Source: an uncultured Candidatus Bathyarchaeia archaeon
GTDB lineage: Archaea; Thermoproteota; Bathyarchaeia; Bathyarchaeales; Bathycorpusculaceae
NCBI GenBank assembly: GCA_964540545.1
Contig: CAZINA010000001.1
Coordinates: 5,562-59,242 of the forward strand
DNA length: 53,681 bases
Direction of reading: 5' to 3'
Positions within the stretch are counted from its first letter, which is position 1; every line of letters starts with the position of its first letter. A model generated the notes under the pieces. The model worked only from the letters and a program-made list of their open reading frames with translations. It did no database searches and was not told where the DNA came from. The position numbers were made by a program, and so were the translations under genes. Of this stretch, positions 45,260-53,681 are shown one piece after another.

Positions 45260-47356
45260 TTACTTGGATTCCTTTGGTTGATAAACACACCACGGGTCTT
45301 CAGTTAAATAGTCGCCTTTCAACTCTCCGGGTTCATGAAGGTCACCGCAGTAATCTATGAAATCACTTGAAAGCCCATACGCGCGCGCACGGCAACCCCC
45401 GCATGAAGCGCGGTACTCACAGGTGCCGCATTTGCCTTTCAAAGCGTTGAAGTCGCGCAGGGTTTTGAACATTTCTGAGTTGAACCATATCTCTTTGAAC
45501 GGTGTCTCTCGTATGTTGCCGAGTTTAATTGGAAGGTAAGGACACGGAGTGATGTCGCCGTTGGGATAAACCCGGCAGTAGTACAGTCCTGCGATGCAGC
45601 CTCGAATCCACCGGCTCATGTTTAGGCCCATTTCTTTTGCGATGCGCATGAACTGGGGCGCGCATGAAGGTCTCACGTTAAGTTTGTGTCGGGCAACCTT
45701 TGCGAACGTTTTCTTAATCATCTCTTCGTATTTGGCGGGGGATATATCGACTATTTTCACGCCTCTTCCAGTAGGCACCAGAAAGAACAAGTGAAAGTTT
45801 TCCACGCCGAGCTTCTCAGCCAACGACATAATATCATCGATTTGGTCGTAGTTTTGCTGAGTTAGCGTGGTGTTTACCTGTACAAGCACGCCTTTTTTCC
45901 GCAATGCTTTGATGGCGTTAACAGCTTTTTCCCATGAACCTTTTACGCCCCTGAACTCGTCATGCTGCTCTGGAATATGCGAGTCCAGGCTGATTGAAAC
46001 GGTTTCTATACCTGCTTCCTTGAGCTTTTTCGCGGCAGTATCATCAATTAGGCTTCCGTTGCTTCCCAACCCCATCTTCAAACCTTTCGAGGCACCGTAG
46101 CGGATCAGCTCGTAGATGTCTTGGCGTAGAAGAGGTTCGCCGCCGCTTAAAACGAGAAGGGGCTTGCTGACTTCGCAGATTTGGTCTATGAGATTTTTTG
46201 CTTCTTCAGTTGTTAACTCGTTTATAGACGCCTTATTGTCGGCGTTTATGTAGCAATGAGGACATTTCAAGTTGCATTTCCGAGTGACGTTCCAAGAAAG
46301 GACGAGTGGAACATACTTTTCTTGTTTCTTTTCCGGTTTAGATGCGGTGGGCGAGTGGGCGAGCTTGAGGTAAAACTCGCATTTTCCGTCAGTAGCCATC
46401 CGCTGAGGCTGCCACAGCTCAAACGTGAAGGGAAGTACCGTGTTCAACATGGCCTTAGCATGAGCGAAGCAAAAATGGGTGCAGAAAAGGGACGCTACAT
46501 CATCGTTTACTCCTAATTTATCAGCAATGTAGTCGTGGCTGGCGAAAATCGGGCAGTTCAAAAACTGCATGCGCCCATCCAGCTTCGCCATATCCATCTT
46601 ATAATTGATGAAGTGGTCACTCAGCATTACCGTCTGCAAGTTTTCCCTGCGCATCCCAACTTTAAGGGTCACCTCAAGGGCGATGCGGACGGTTTCTTCA
46701 CCGAACTTTTCTTGCACCCGTTTCATTGCATCCCTAAGCTGCGGTACGCCCATCGTTTTTGCTAGCGCCGCTGTAATTAAGAAGCCTTTGAGGGTTTCAT
46801 ACTCTTGCCGCAAGCGCATTTCAACAATGTGCTGCGACCAGTCCCTAAACAAGCCTTCAAGGGTCTCAGCTGCTTCTGGATTCTTATCGTTAAGCATTTG
46901 TTCTACTGCTTGGGTTTTTTCATTTAACTTAGTGAACATGCCTATTTTTTCTTCGTTGCTCAAACTTGCATTGGCAACAACATCTTCGGGGTCAACGTTA
47001 ACCAAAACAATTGGCTTGGTAAGCTCATGTACATCAGAAGTGAAGTCACCGTAGAAGCGCGTTAATTGCTCTTTTATGTCAGGCATGTCTCCATTTAATT
47101 CTTCTAGGAGAAAGCGTGTTTCAGTCTCCATTTTGGTGACCATAGCCATATGATACAATAGGGATCCCGCCATTCCAGGTTCAGCGTGTTTGCCGCTGGG
47201 AACTCCGCGGATAACTTCATGGAACATGCATTTTGCCTTGTCGAATTCTGCGTTAGCTATTGCGGTCAAGGCTTGATTCAGTTTTTCTCGTCTTTCACGT
47301 AGAAGAAGAGCCCATTTGTGGCAGTGCTTTTCATCAAAGTTAGTTAAAGCAGTCAC
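45260..47356 (-). CDS. radical SAM/SPASM enzyme (NirJ/AhbD-like core) with a roughly 340-aa N-terminal extension
   Basis: 698 aa. The core from about residue 350 has VTRKCNLKCPHCY, LSGGEPLLRQD, SISLDS...HDEFRGVKGSW and FFLVPTGRG, plus a SPASM Cys cluster (CPYLP...CGTCEYRASCGGCRARAY). The N-terminal part is helical and ends in a Cys-containing module (FLNCPIF...LFCTHFCFAHAK...DGKCEFYL). Confidence 0.85.
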   Translation of the reverse strand: MTALTNFDEKHCHKWALLLRERREKLNQALTAIANAEFDKAKCMFHEVIRGVPSGKHAEPGMAGSLLYHMAMVTKMETETRFLLEELNGDMPDIKEQLTRFYGDFTSDVHELTKPIVLVNVDPEDVVANASLSNEEKIGMFTKLNEKTQAVEQMLNDKNPEAAETLEGLFRDWSQHIVEMRLRQEYETLKGFLITAALAKTMGVPQLRDAMKRVQEKFGEETVRIALEVTLKVGMRRENLQTVMLSDHFINYKMDMAKLDGRMQFLNCPIFASHDYIADKLGVNDDVASLFCTHFCFAHAKAMLNTVLPFTFELWQPQRMATDGKCEFYLKLAHSPTASKPEKKQEKYVPLVLSWNVTRKCNLKCPHCYINADNKASINELTTEEAKNLIDQICEVSKPLLVLSGGEPLLRQDIYELIRYGASKGLKMGLGSNGSLIDDTAAKKLKEAGIETVSISLDSHIPEQHDEFRGVKGSWEKAVNAIKALRKKGVLVQVNTTLTQQNYDQIDDIMSLAEKLGVENFHLFFLVPTGRGVKIVDISPAKYEEMIKKTFAKVARHKLNVRPSCAPQFMRIAKEMGLNMSRWIRGCIAGLYYCRVYPNGDITPCPYLPIKLGNIRETPFKEIWFNSEMFKTLRDFNALKGKCGTCEYRASCGGCRARAYGLSSDFIDYCGDLHEPGELKGDYLTEDPWCVYQPKESK

Positions 47357-47455
47357 CCACCTGAGTTTACACCATGCAGGGTTTAGTAAAAAAGGTAGCG
47401 GTTTGGCAGCGTTTTTGGTGAAAATGTATGTTAGCAGATAAGCTATTAAGGAGGT

Positions 47456-47803
47456 TTGAGTAAAAACATAGGTCTACATAGCGAGGGAGAAGGTTTGATT
47501 TTCACGTTGATAGGTTTTGTGATAATGTTCGGCGTTTTGGTAGGCATTGGAATAAATCAGCCTAGAGGAACAAGCATGAAAACTTGGTGTTACGGCTATC
47601 TTGTTATCGCTTTAATCTTTGACGCGTTGGTAGTAGTAGGACTGTTTTTCCAAAATGAAATGCTCATTCAACTTCTCCTCGGACTTGCAGCGGGCGCCGC
47701 CACAGGACTAGCTATTCACGTTGCTCACCACATAACCGAAGAAAACGAACATGAACACAACGGGGAAAACAAGGAAAAAAAGCCTTCAATGTTCGGCTTT
47801 TGA
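47456..47803 (+). CDS. small membrane protein (3 TM segments) with a His/Glu-rich tail
   Basis: 115 aa. It has three hydrophobic segments and then HVAHHITEENEHEHNGENKEKK. AAGGAGGT abuts the TTG with no usable spacer, so the true start may be internal (TTG 47495 or ATG 47525). Confidence 0.5.
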   Translation: MSKNIGLHSEGEGLIFTLIGFVIMFGVLVGIGINQPRGTSMKTWCYGYLVIALIFDALVVVGLFFQNEMLIQLLLGLAAGAATGLAIHVAHHITEENEHEHNGENKEKKPSMFGF

Positions 47804-47804
47804 G

Positions 47805-50800
47805 TTAAGCGACAGTGACCAAGTCATTATCGCAGACGAGTTTCTTTTCCCACAGCAGACTCTTGTAGATATCGGAGAATATTTTTCTGCTCTTTTCCCC
47901 TGAGCGGTTGAAACCAAAAACTTTTGCGGTCTCAACTATCAGCGACTCAGCGCTTATACCTAATGCATACTGTGCGATGGTTGTCATGGCGTTTTCGATT
48001 TCCTCAGGTGGAATGTGCTCAGGTTTCCGTTTTGACTCTGGAACACCCGGCACGGGAACACGTGCCTGAACCTCTTGGAGTTCTGGCGGCCAAAGAAAAT
48101 TGCCTTTCACGACTACCTTGTCCTTCACGATTAAGAGGTTAAGCGCTTCCCTTACAGCGTGGACTATCTTGGAAGTCTTCCTTTTCAATCCCCACGCAGT
48201 AACTATTCTTTTAACTGCGTGGTCAAAGTGAATTGGCCCTTCTTGCTGGATAAGCTCTTCCAATAGGCGGGTTTGCAGTTGACGGTTTTCTTGGAAATGG
48301 AACTGGTTGGGTTGAACTTCCCATCCCTGAGCGGACGGAACCTTCACAGACGCGGCGTATTCTGCTTTAAGCGTGTGTACTTTGTAGGGTACACCGATTT
48401 TTTCTATGCCACCAAACTGTATCTTGTGAACGTCAACATCCTTCGGCAGGTCGTCGTCAGCATCTTGCTCTTCGACTTTGAGGTCTGTGCTTGGGGCTTC
48501 TTTTCCCATCTGGAACTTATGAGCTTCCTCCAACGCGTGAGATAGACGTCTGATTTCAGAGTCTCTCCTTGAGACCCAAGTGGGCGACCATATACGATGG
48601 ACCCGCCAGCCTAGCTGCTTGAGCACTTGCGCTCGTAGTCTGTCTCTGTCCCTTGCGCTACTGCTGTTCTGGTACGTTGCACCGTCAAATTCTATCCCCA
48701 AAATGTAGCCTCCAGAATTGTTAGGGTCAACCACGCCCATATCGATGGGGCAGCAGCTACAACCTACGTGAGGCGAAAAAGCGTAGCCGAGGCGTTGAAG
48801 CACCATCGCCACATCTTCTTCGATAGGAGAACCGAACTCTACTACTTCTGTAGTTGATTTCAAGACGACTGGACCGTTTTCAGCATACTCGAGATAGTCA
48901 TGAAGGATGACCGTGCCTGCTGACTTGGCAGATTCCATGTCGATATCAGTGGCTTTAATGGAAGTTACGAGGATTGTCAGTTCTCGAGCACGCGTAACTG
49001 CAACGTTCAATCGCCTTTCTCCGCCAGCCCTGTTAACCGGTCCGAAGTTCATGGTCATCTGGCCTTGAGGGTCGTAACCATAACCGAGGCTGAGAATAAT
49101 TACGTCGCGTTCGTCGCCTTGAACGTTCTCTAGGTTCTTGACGAAAAACCCTTCTAGACGGTCTTCCTTGAAGAAGTGCTCGTATTCAGGTTGCTGCCTG
49201 CGGCGGCGTTCAATAGCTTCGTCAACCGCATCCATTTGTGCTATGCTGAAGGTTACCACGCCAAGAGTTTTCTTGGGATACTTCTGGAAGTGCTCAAAAA
49301 CCAAGTCGGCAACTACCTCTGCTTCTTTAAGGTTGTCTCGTCGTCCGCCTCTGTCGTAGACGCCATCGGGTACATGAACCATTTTCACGCCTAAAGCTTC
49401 ATCTTTTGCTATGGCTGATGGGAAAGTTATGAGGGTTCCTTCATAGAAATGGCTGTTAGAGAAGGCAATTAATTCCTCGTGTTTGCTACGGTAATGCCAA
49501 CGAAGAGTCTTAACTGGCAATCCTACACCTGCACATTCGTCGAGAACGCTGTCGAAAACTTCAACGTCTTCATCGGTGACTTCGTCCCAGTCAATGTCTT
49601 CAAGCAGAGATTTCTGGAAGAAGGAAGTAGGGGGCAGCTGCTTGTTGTCGCCTGCGACGACTATTGTTTTTCCTCGGTAAATAGTTCCGATTGCGTCTTC
49701 TGGAACAATCTGAGATGCTTCGTCGAAGAGAATCAGGTCAAATTTCATCAGTTCAGGGGGGAGAAACTGGCTTACAGACATTGGGCTCATAAGCAAACAG
49801 GGTTTAAGACGCGAGAGGAGGTTAGGTATCCTCTGTAAAAGGGCTCGGATGGGCATTAACCGCCGCTTTTTCAACGCCTCCTTAAGTAAAATAGTTGCTT
49901 CGGAGTCGTTTGCTTGGATAAGTATGTCCTGCGGCTTGCGGCTGTTTGCTGCTTCTATAACTCGGTTCGGAGAAAGACGAATCAGCTCTTGGTCAATCTT
50001 TACGAACTCGGCAATACCATGCTCATGCTTTTCTCGTCTGAATTGACCTAAATGCGAATCTTCCTCGTAAAGATGATTAAGCCATTCTTGGTACGCTGCT
50101 TTGCGGAAAATGTCAAGAAGCTGAGCCGCTGGCGGAGGATTCGCTACTAGCCTGTCAAAAAACGCCGACAATCCTCTCAAAGAGAAAGTGTACTCGGTTT
50201 CTTTGAAATCAACCCAGACCTGCAGGTCGTCTACATGTTCTCGGAGCCACTTGATCCTGTTTTGCATCGCTTCAAGACTTAATGCTTGCAGTTTTTGACC
50301 TCGATATGTCAGCTCGGTTTCGAATCGAGATTCCAGAGCCGCCAAAGCTTTCACGGTTGCATCATAACGGCTAATCAAGTCGCTGTTAGATGGCGCAGCC
50401 TCAGCGCCCCGAGACACCACATCCGCGAATGCTTCGGGAACCTGCGAGGAACCAAACAAAGTTCGAAGCTTCTTAGTCCAGTGGAGAACGGAAAGGATGT
50501 CTTCCCAGCATGTTTCCAGATCTGCGAAGCGGAACCCGAATTTCTTTTGGAGAATCTCGTGTTCTCTGAGGAACACTGCTTCTTTCTTTCTAACTTGTTC
50601 AGAGTCCTTCAAGTCGTCTATTAGTTGTTTGTAGTTTTTTGGGGCGACGCCCTTGCTTGTCTTCAATGTTTCTCTGGTTATTTCGCAGAGAACGATAAGC
50701 TGCTTTTCAACCGAAGTCGCCCAGTCTTGAAGCATGGCTATTGGTGTCTCGTAGAGCGGTAAACTCGAAGTGGGCAAACGTGACGTTGGCAGCAGGGAGC

Positions 50801-53489
50801 TTAACTGTTTAGCAAACTGATCCCATTTCTCAAACGACTCTTCCAGATCATTGCCGAGTTGCCTGAGTAAGAGCGGCGGCTCTGACCCGTATGAAACTAT
50901 CTTGGCTAGTTCCTCAGGAATTCCTGCTGCCCCTGCCCACCTGAAAAGCTCTGAAGTGATTTCGACCGCGTTTTCAGCCCGTTCAAAATCTGTTGCGTAG
51001 CCCTCATAAAAATGCCCCAGTAGCTCTTTAACTGAATCAGCAGAATCTTTGAGCTCGGCTCTTAACATTTTCAGCTTACGGGCGTCAAGCAGGTCTTGCA
51101 GGACAGACTTGGGGACTTTGCCATCGTGAGTCAGCAGGGAGATTTGTTTTTGGTCGCGGTAGAAGCCAGGGCGGAACCATCGAAGGGAACTTTTGTACAG
51201 GCCGTTATAGCGTGTTATAAGTTCGTCAAGGTCTGTTTTGAAGAATTCGCGGGTGTAAGTTTTTTCCAGCTTGAGTCTCAGCGCTTTGTACTCTTGGTAA
51301 TCCTTTTTGATTTGTGGAAATTCTTCTTTCACTCGCTGAAAGTGGTCTGGGTCTAACCATCGCGGTTCGGGTTTATCCTCTGAGAAGCAAAGAAGGGCAA
51401 CATGGGACAGCTGTCTGACACGGTCAGGTGTAAGGTTACCCGTTGATGAACCCAGCATCTCGGCAAGCCGCCATGACTTTTCACTCCACTTTGCATATAG
51501 AACCTGAGTGTGCCGGGCGAAATCCAAGAGTTTTTCGCGTTTTTCAAGAAGCTCACTTTCTTCTATACCCGAGGTCTGAAGTAGTTTGTCGATTGCTGAA
51601 AGCGCGGCTTCAAGTTCCTGAGACGTAGTGAGCGCCAAGCCGAATAAGACTGTATTATAACGTTCCAATAGACGGCTGCGGGTTGCTTTGCACCATTCAA
51701 ACATGGCTAAATATGCTTCTGCTTCGGAAATGAGCTTGTCAAGATTGGGATGCATAACCCAGCTTGCCTCGGGTTTAGGGCTTTCCAACAAAAGATTACC
51801 AATATCAATCAGCCATTTCACCCGCTCAAATGTTGACGGCGTGTCCAGACCTAACTGGTTCGCGAATTTGCCTGCTTCCAGTTTAAGGGCTTCTATTGTC
51901 GAAATTAGATCACCAAGAACGGTTGATACTTCGGCGCGGACTTCAACGTTGTACTCGCTGCCCTTATACCCGCGCCACGGAAAGTCAGGGGCTTCCATCA
52001 CTTCCCAGACAGCTTTCAGGCGCGACATCAAACCCTCTAGTTCAAGCATTTCTTGAGGAGTCAAGCTCACCGGATTTGGCAGCTCAACTGCCACAAAGGG
52101 AACACATTCCAGACTTGACAGCTCACCTAGTACGTCATACGCGCTTTTCTGCAGGTTAAAGCGTTTTTGATGAAGCGAAATCACATAGTTGTTCAGGCTG
52201 TCCCGTAGCAAAGTCAGTTTCTCGAATTCATGTGCTGAAGGCAGTTTACGGGGAACAAGGTGCTCGTCGAGACATCTTTTAAGCTCCGCAACCACTTCCC
52301 GTTTGTTGGCTTTGCTGCTGTGGAGTTCCAGACAGAAGGAAGACAGCCCAACTTCGCGGAGCCGCTTATAAACCACTTCGAGGGCAGCCATTTTGTCGCT
52401 TACAAAAAGAACAGACTTCCCCTGAGCTATACATTCGGCGATTATGTTTGCGATTGTTTGGCTTTTTCCTGTGCCTGGAGGCCCCTGCATCACAAAGCTT
52501 TGCCCGCGCAAGGCGTATTCGATTGATACCCGTTGGCTGCTGTCGGCGTCTAGGACTTGAAATGTTTTTTCAGGCGCCCGTATACTATCTACGTCTTTTT
52601 CTTCAGGCAGAGAAACCGTTTCAAGTTCCTCGTCCTTGACTCCGGCAATCGTTCTGATTATAGGGTGTTGCGCGATAACGCCAGCGTTTGTGTCAAGGTC
52701 GTTGTAAATAACTAGTTTATGAAAAGAGAAAAGCCCAATTTCCACAGTGGCTTCTACCCTCCAACCGAGTTCATCAGCGACTTGGGTGACGGCGCTGAAG
52801 TAGTTGAGCAAACTTTGGCTTTCCCAGTACTCAGGCAAAGGTGGAAGCTCGACTTTGAAGTCCTTTTTCAGCTTCACTTGTAAAGCAGGATTCAGAACCA
52901 CCTCTTCTTCTATGGGAGGGACTGAAATAGCAAAAGGCTCGCGGAAGGATTTCCTAGCCAACTCGATGGGTACGAGGACAAGAGGGGAGCGGACTTCCTC
53001 ACCTGTTTCCTTTTCCTTCCAAACTAACATTCCGAAGGCAGCATGTAATATGCGCACGCCGCGCTCCCTATAATCTAAGAGGGAACGCCTATGGAGATTC
53101 TTTAAGATTTTCTCAAGGTCGGAGCGGCTGGTTTCTCCGCAGACAAGTTGCTTTGCCTTTGGATTTGTCGTTCCATTAAGGAGCGAAAGGTTAGTTTTGC
53201 TTGGTGATTGCTGTTTACGCATATCGGTTTCGGGAGGATACCAAAACTCCAGACGCCTTTTTCGTAAAGCAAGCCTGTTGAAAACGCGTTCCATGTTCGG
53301 GCGGGAAACAGAAAGGTTTCCTCGTTTGCTGGGTTTGAAGTACAATAAGTTGTTTCGCCGTGACAGGTCTATGAGTCTTGATTTCCAATCTTCAATACGG
53401 CGGGTCATTGGAGAAGCATAGTTTTCTTGGAATGAGGGGAAGCCATTCTCCGGCATTAAATCACGATTCTGTACACTGATTTTTGACAC
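47805..53489 (-). CDS. giant DUF4011 / Upf1-like SF1 helicase (AAA_11/AAA_12) / DUF559-type restriction-endonuclease-fold / DUF3320 protein
   Basis: 1894 aa with a GTG start. It has N-terminal RLIDLSRRNNLLYFKP (DUF4011-like) and the Walker A MQGPPGTGKSQ (about 52462-52485). Motif II LFDEASQI starts at residue 1256 (about 49710-49724), followed by VVAGDNKQLPPT, VQGDERDVIILS and LNVAVTRAR. The REase-like block ILGIEFDGATYQNSSSARDRDRLRAQVLKQLGWRVHRIW lies at about 48592-48710, and the DUF3320-like block QEGPIHFDHAVKRIVTAWGLKR at about 48150-48255. Confidence 0.9.
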   Translation of the reverse strand: MSKISVQNRDLMPENGFPSFQENYASPMTRRIEDWKSRLIDLSRRNNLLYFKPSKRGNLSVSRPNMERVFNRLALRKRRLEFWYPPETDMRKQQSPSKTNLSLLNGTTNPKAKQLVCGETSRSDLEKILKNLHRRSLLDYRERGVRILHAAFGMLVWKEKETGEEVRSPLVLVPIELARKSFREPFAISVPPIEEEVVLNPALQVKLKKDFKVELPPLPEYWESQSLLNYFSAVTQVADELGWRVEATVEIGLFSFHKLVIYNDLDTNAGVIAQHPIIRTIAGVKDEELETVSLPEEKDVDSIRAPEKTFQVLDADSSQRVSIEYALRGQSFVMQGPPGTGKSQTIANIIAECIAQGKSVLFVSDKMAALEVVYKRLREVGLSSFCLELHSSKANKREVVAELKRCLDEHLVPRKLPSAHEFEKLTLLRDSLNNYVISLHQKRFNLQKSAYDVLGELSSLECVPFVAVELPNPVSLTPQEMLELEGLMSRLKAVWEVMEAPDFPWRGYKGSEYNVEVRAEVSTVLGDLISTIEALKLEAGKFANQLGLDTPSTFERVKWLIDIGNLLLESPKPEASWVMHPNLDKLISEAEAYLAMFEWCKATRSRLLERYNTVLFGLALTTSQELEAALSAIDKLLQTSGIEESELLEKREKLLDFARHTQVLYAKWSEKSWRLAEMLGSSTGNLTPDRVRQLSHVALLCFSEDKPEPRWLDPDHFQRVKEEFPQIKKDYQEYKALRLKLEKTYTREFFKTDLDELITRYNGLYKSSLRWFRPGFYRDQKQISLLTHDGKVPKSVLQDLLDARKLKMLRAELKDSADSVKELLGHFYEGYATDFERAENAVEITSELFRWAGAAGIPEELAKIVSYGSEPPLLLRQLGNDLEESFEKWDQFAKQLSSLLPTSRLPTSSLPLYETPIAMLQDWATSVEKQLIVLCEITRETLKTSKGVAPKNYKQLIDDLKDSEQVRKKEAVFLREHEILQKKFGFRFADLETCWEDILSVLHWTKKLRTLFGSSQVPEAFADVVSRGAEAAPSNSDLISRYDATVKALAALESRFETELTYRGQKLQALSLEAMQNRIKWLREHVDDLQVWVDFKETEYTFSLRGLSAFFDRLVANPPPAAQLLDIFRKAAYQEWLNHLYEEDSHLGQFRREKHEHGIAEFVKIDQELIRLSPNRVIEAANSRKPQDILIQANDSEATILLKEALKKRRLMPIRALLQRIPNLLSRLKPCLLMSPMSVSQFLPPELMKFDLILFDEASQIVPEDAIGTIYRGKTIVVAGDNKQLPPTSFFQKSLLEDIDWDEVTDEDVEVFDSVLDECAGVGLPVKTLRWHYRSKHEELIAFSNSHFYEGTLITFPSAIAKDEALGVKMVHVPDGVYDRGGRRDNLKEAEVVADLVFEHFQKYPKKTLGVVTFSIAQMDAVDEAIERRRRQQPEYEHFFKEDRLEGFFVKNLENVQGDERDVIILSLGYGYDPQGQMTMNFGPVNRAGGERRLNVAVTRARELTILVTSIKATDIDMESAKSAGTVILHDYLEYAENGPVVLKSTTEVVEFGSPIEEDVAMVLQRLGYAFSPHVGCSCCPIDMGVVDPNNSGGYILGIEFDGATYQNSSSARDRDRLRAQVLKQLGWRVHRIWSPTWVSRRDSEIRRLSHALEEAHKFQMGKEAPSTDLKVEEQDADDDLPKDVDVHKIQFGGIEKIGVPYKVHTLKAEYAASVKVPSAQGWEVQPNQFHFQENRQLQTRLLEELIQQEGPIHFDHAVKRIVTAWGLKRKTSKIVHAVREALNLLIVKDKVVVKGNFLWPPELQEVQARVPVPGVPESKRKPEHIPPEEIENAMTTIAQYALGISAESLIVETAKVFGFNRSGEKSRKIFSDIYKSLLWEKKLVCDNDLVTVA

Positions 53490-53681
53490 TTACTAGAAGT
53501 GCGTGCTACTTTAACATTTGTGGTGGAACTTAACGGACGCCTCAGCTTTCGGCACCATGAAACGCCCACCTTTGGGTGTACACCATGTTTATTTTTCTAG
53601 CAAAAACTTAGCTGTAGATACAGTTCATTAACGCGCAATGTTGTTAAAGAGAAAACTGTCTGCTGCCAATGCAAACTTTTG

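Noticed and set aside
46605-47054. 149-aa plus-strand ORF within the radical SAM gene
   Set aside because: It is an antisense shadow ORF. The minus frame is continuous and motif-bearing.
1-53681. Search by eye for CRISPR arrays, tRNA/rRNA genes, transposases/IS elements and inteins
   Set aside because: I saw no regularly spaced direct repeats, no cloverleaf-like GC-rich segments in the intergenic gaps and no transposase- or integrase-like ORFs. MCM, RFC and PpsA have normal lengths without intein insertions. A tRNAscan/Infernal run would be needed to exclude small RNAs formally.

Overview
Archaeal chromosomal segment, densely packed and dominated by information-processing genes. The linkage patterns (GINS23-MCM, GINS51-PriS, L44e-S27e-eIF2alpha-Nop10-PAC2) fit a TACK/Thermoproteota-like lineage, but the lineage cannot be fixed without a database search. 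The left two thirds (1-36.3 kb) are core genome. They hold wyosine tRNA-modification genes (Trm5, Taw1), RpoP, a large glycosylated surface protein, translin, endonuclease V, RFC small and large subunits, a GltB-like FMN protein and glutamate dehydrogenase. They also hold GINS23-MCM, a ribosomal/eIF2alpha/Nop10 operon, a homocitrate-synthase-family enzyme and an archaeosortase. A 13-kb co-directional minus-strand block follows: L10e, PpsA, Dph2, METTL5-like methyltransferase, Csl4, RpoL, DUF99, TFS, PCNA, PriL, Dpm1-like GT2, GT-C-like membrane protein, PriS, GINS51. The right third (36.3-53.5 kb) looks more accessory. It contains a split kinase/PHP/P-loop-kinase trio, SAH hydrolase, a decayed surface-protein remnant, and an MgtE-like transporter operon with tandemly duplicated PhoU/TrkA_C regulators and a zinc-ribbon protein that lacks a canonical start. 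It also contains an NirJ/AhbD-like radical SAM/SPASM enzyme with a roughly 340-aa N-terminal extension, and a 1894-aa DUF4011/SF1-helicase/REase/DUF3320 giant protein at the window edge. I found no rRNA, tRNA, CRISPR array or transposase. Two conserved genes shorter than the 60-aa shortest entry in the ORF track (RpoP, Nop10) were recovered by hand translation. The best candidates for something new are the giant helicase-nuclease, a small Cys-rich protein with a C-terminal PIP-box-like motif just downstream of rfcL, the kinase/PHP/kinase trio, and the extended radical SAM enzyme. All family calls rest on motif recognition by eye, with no database search run.
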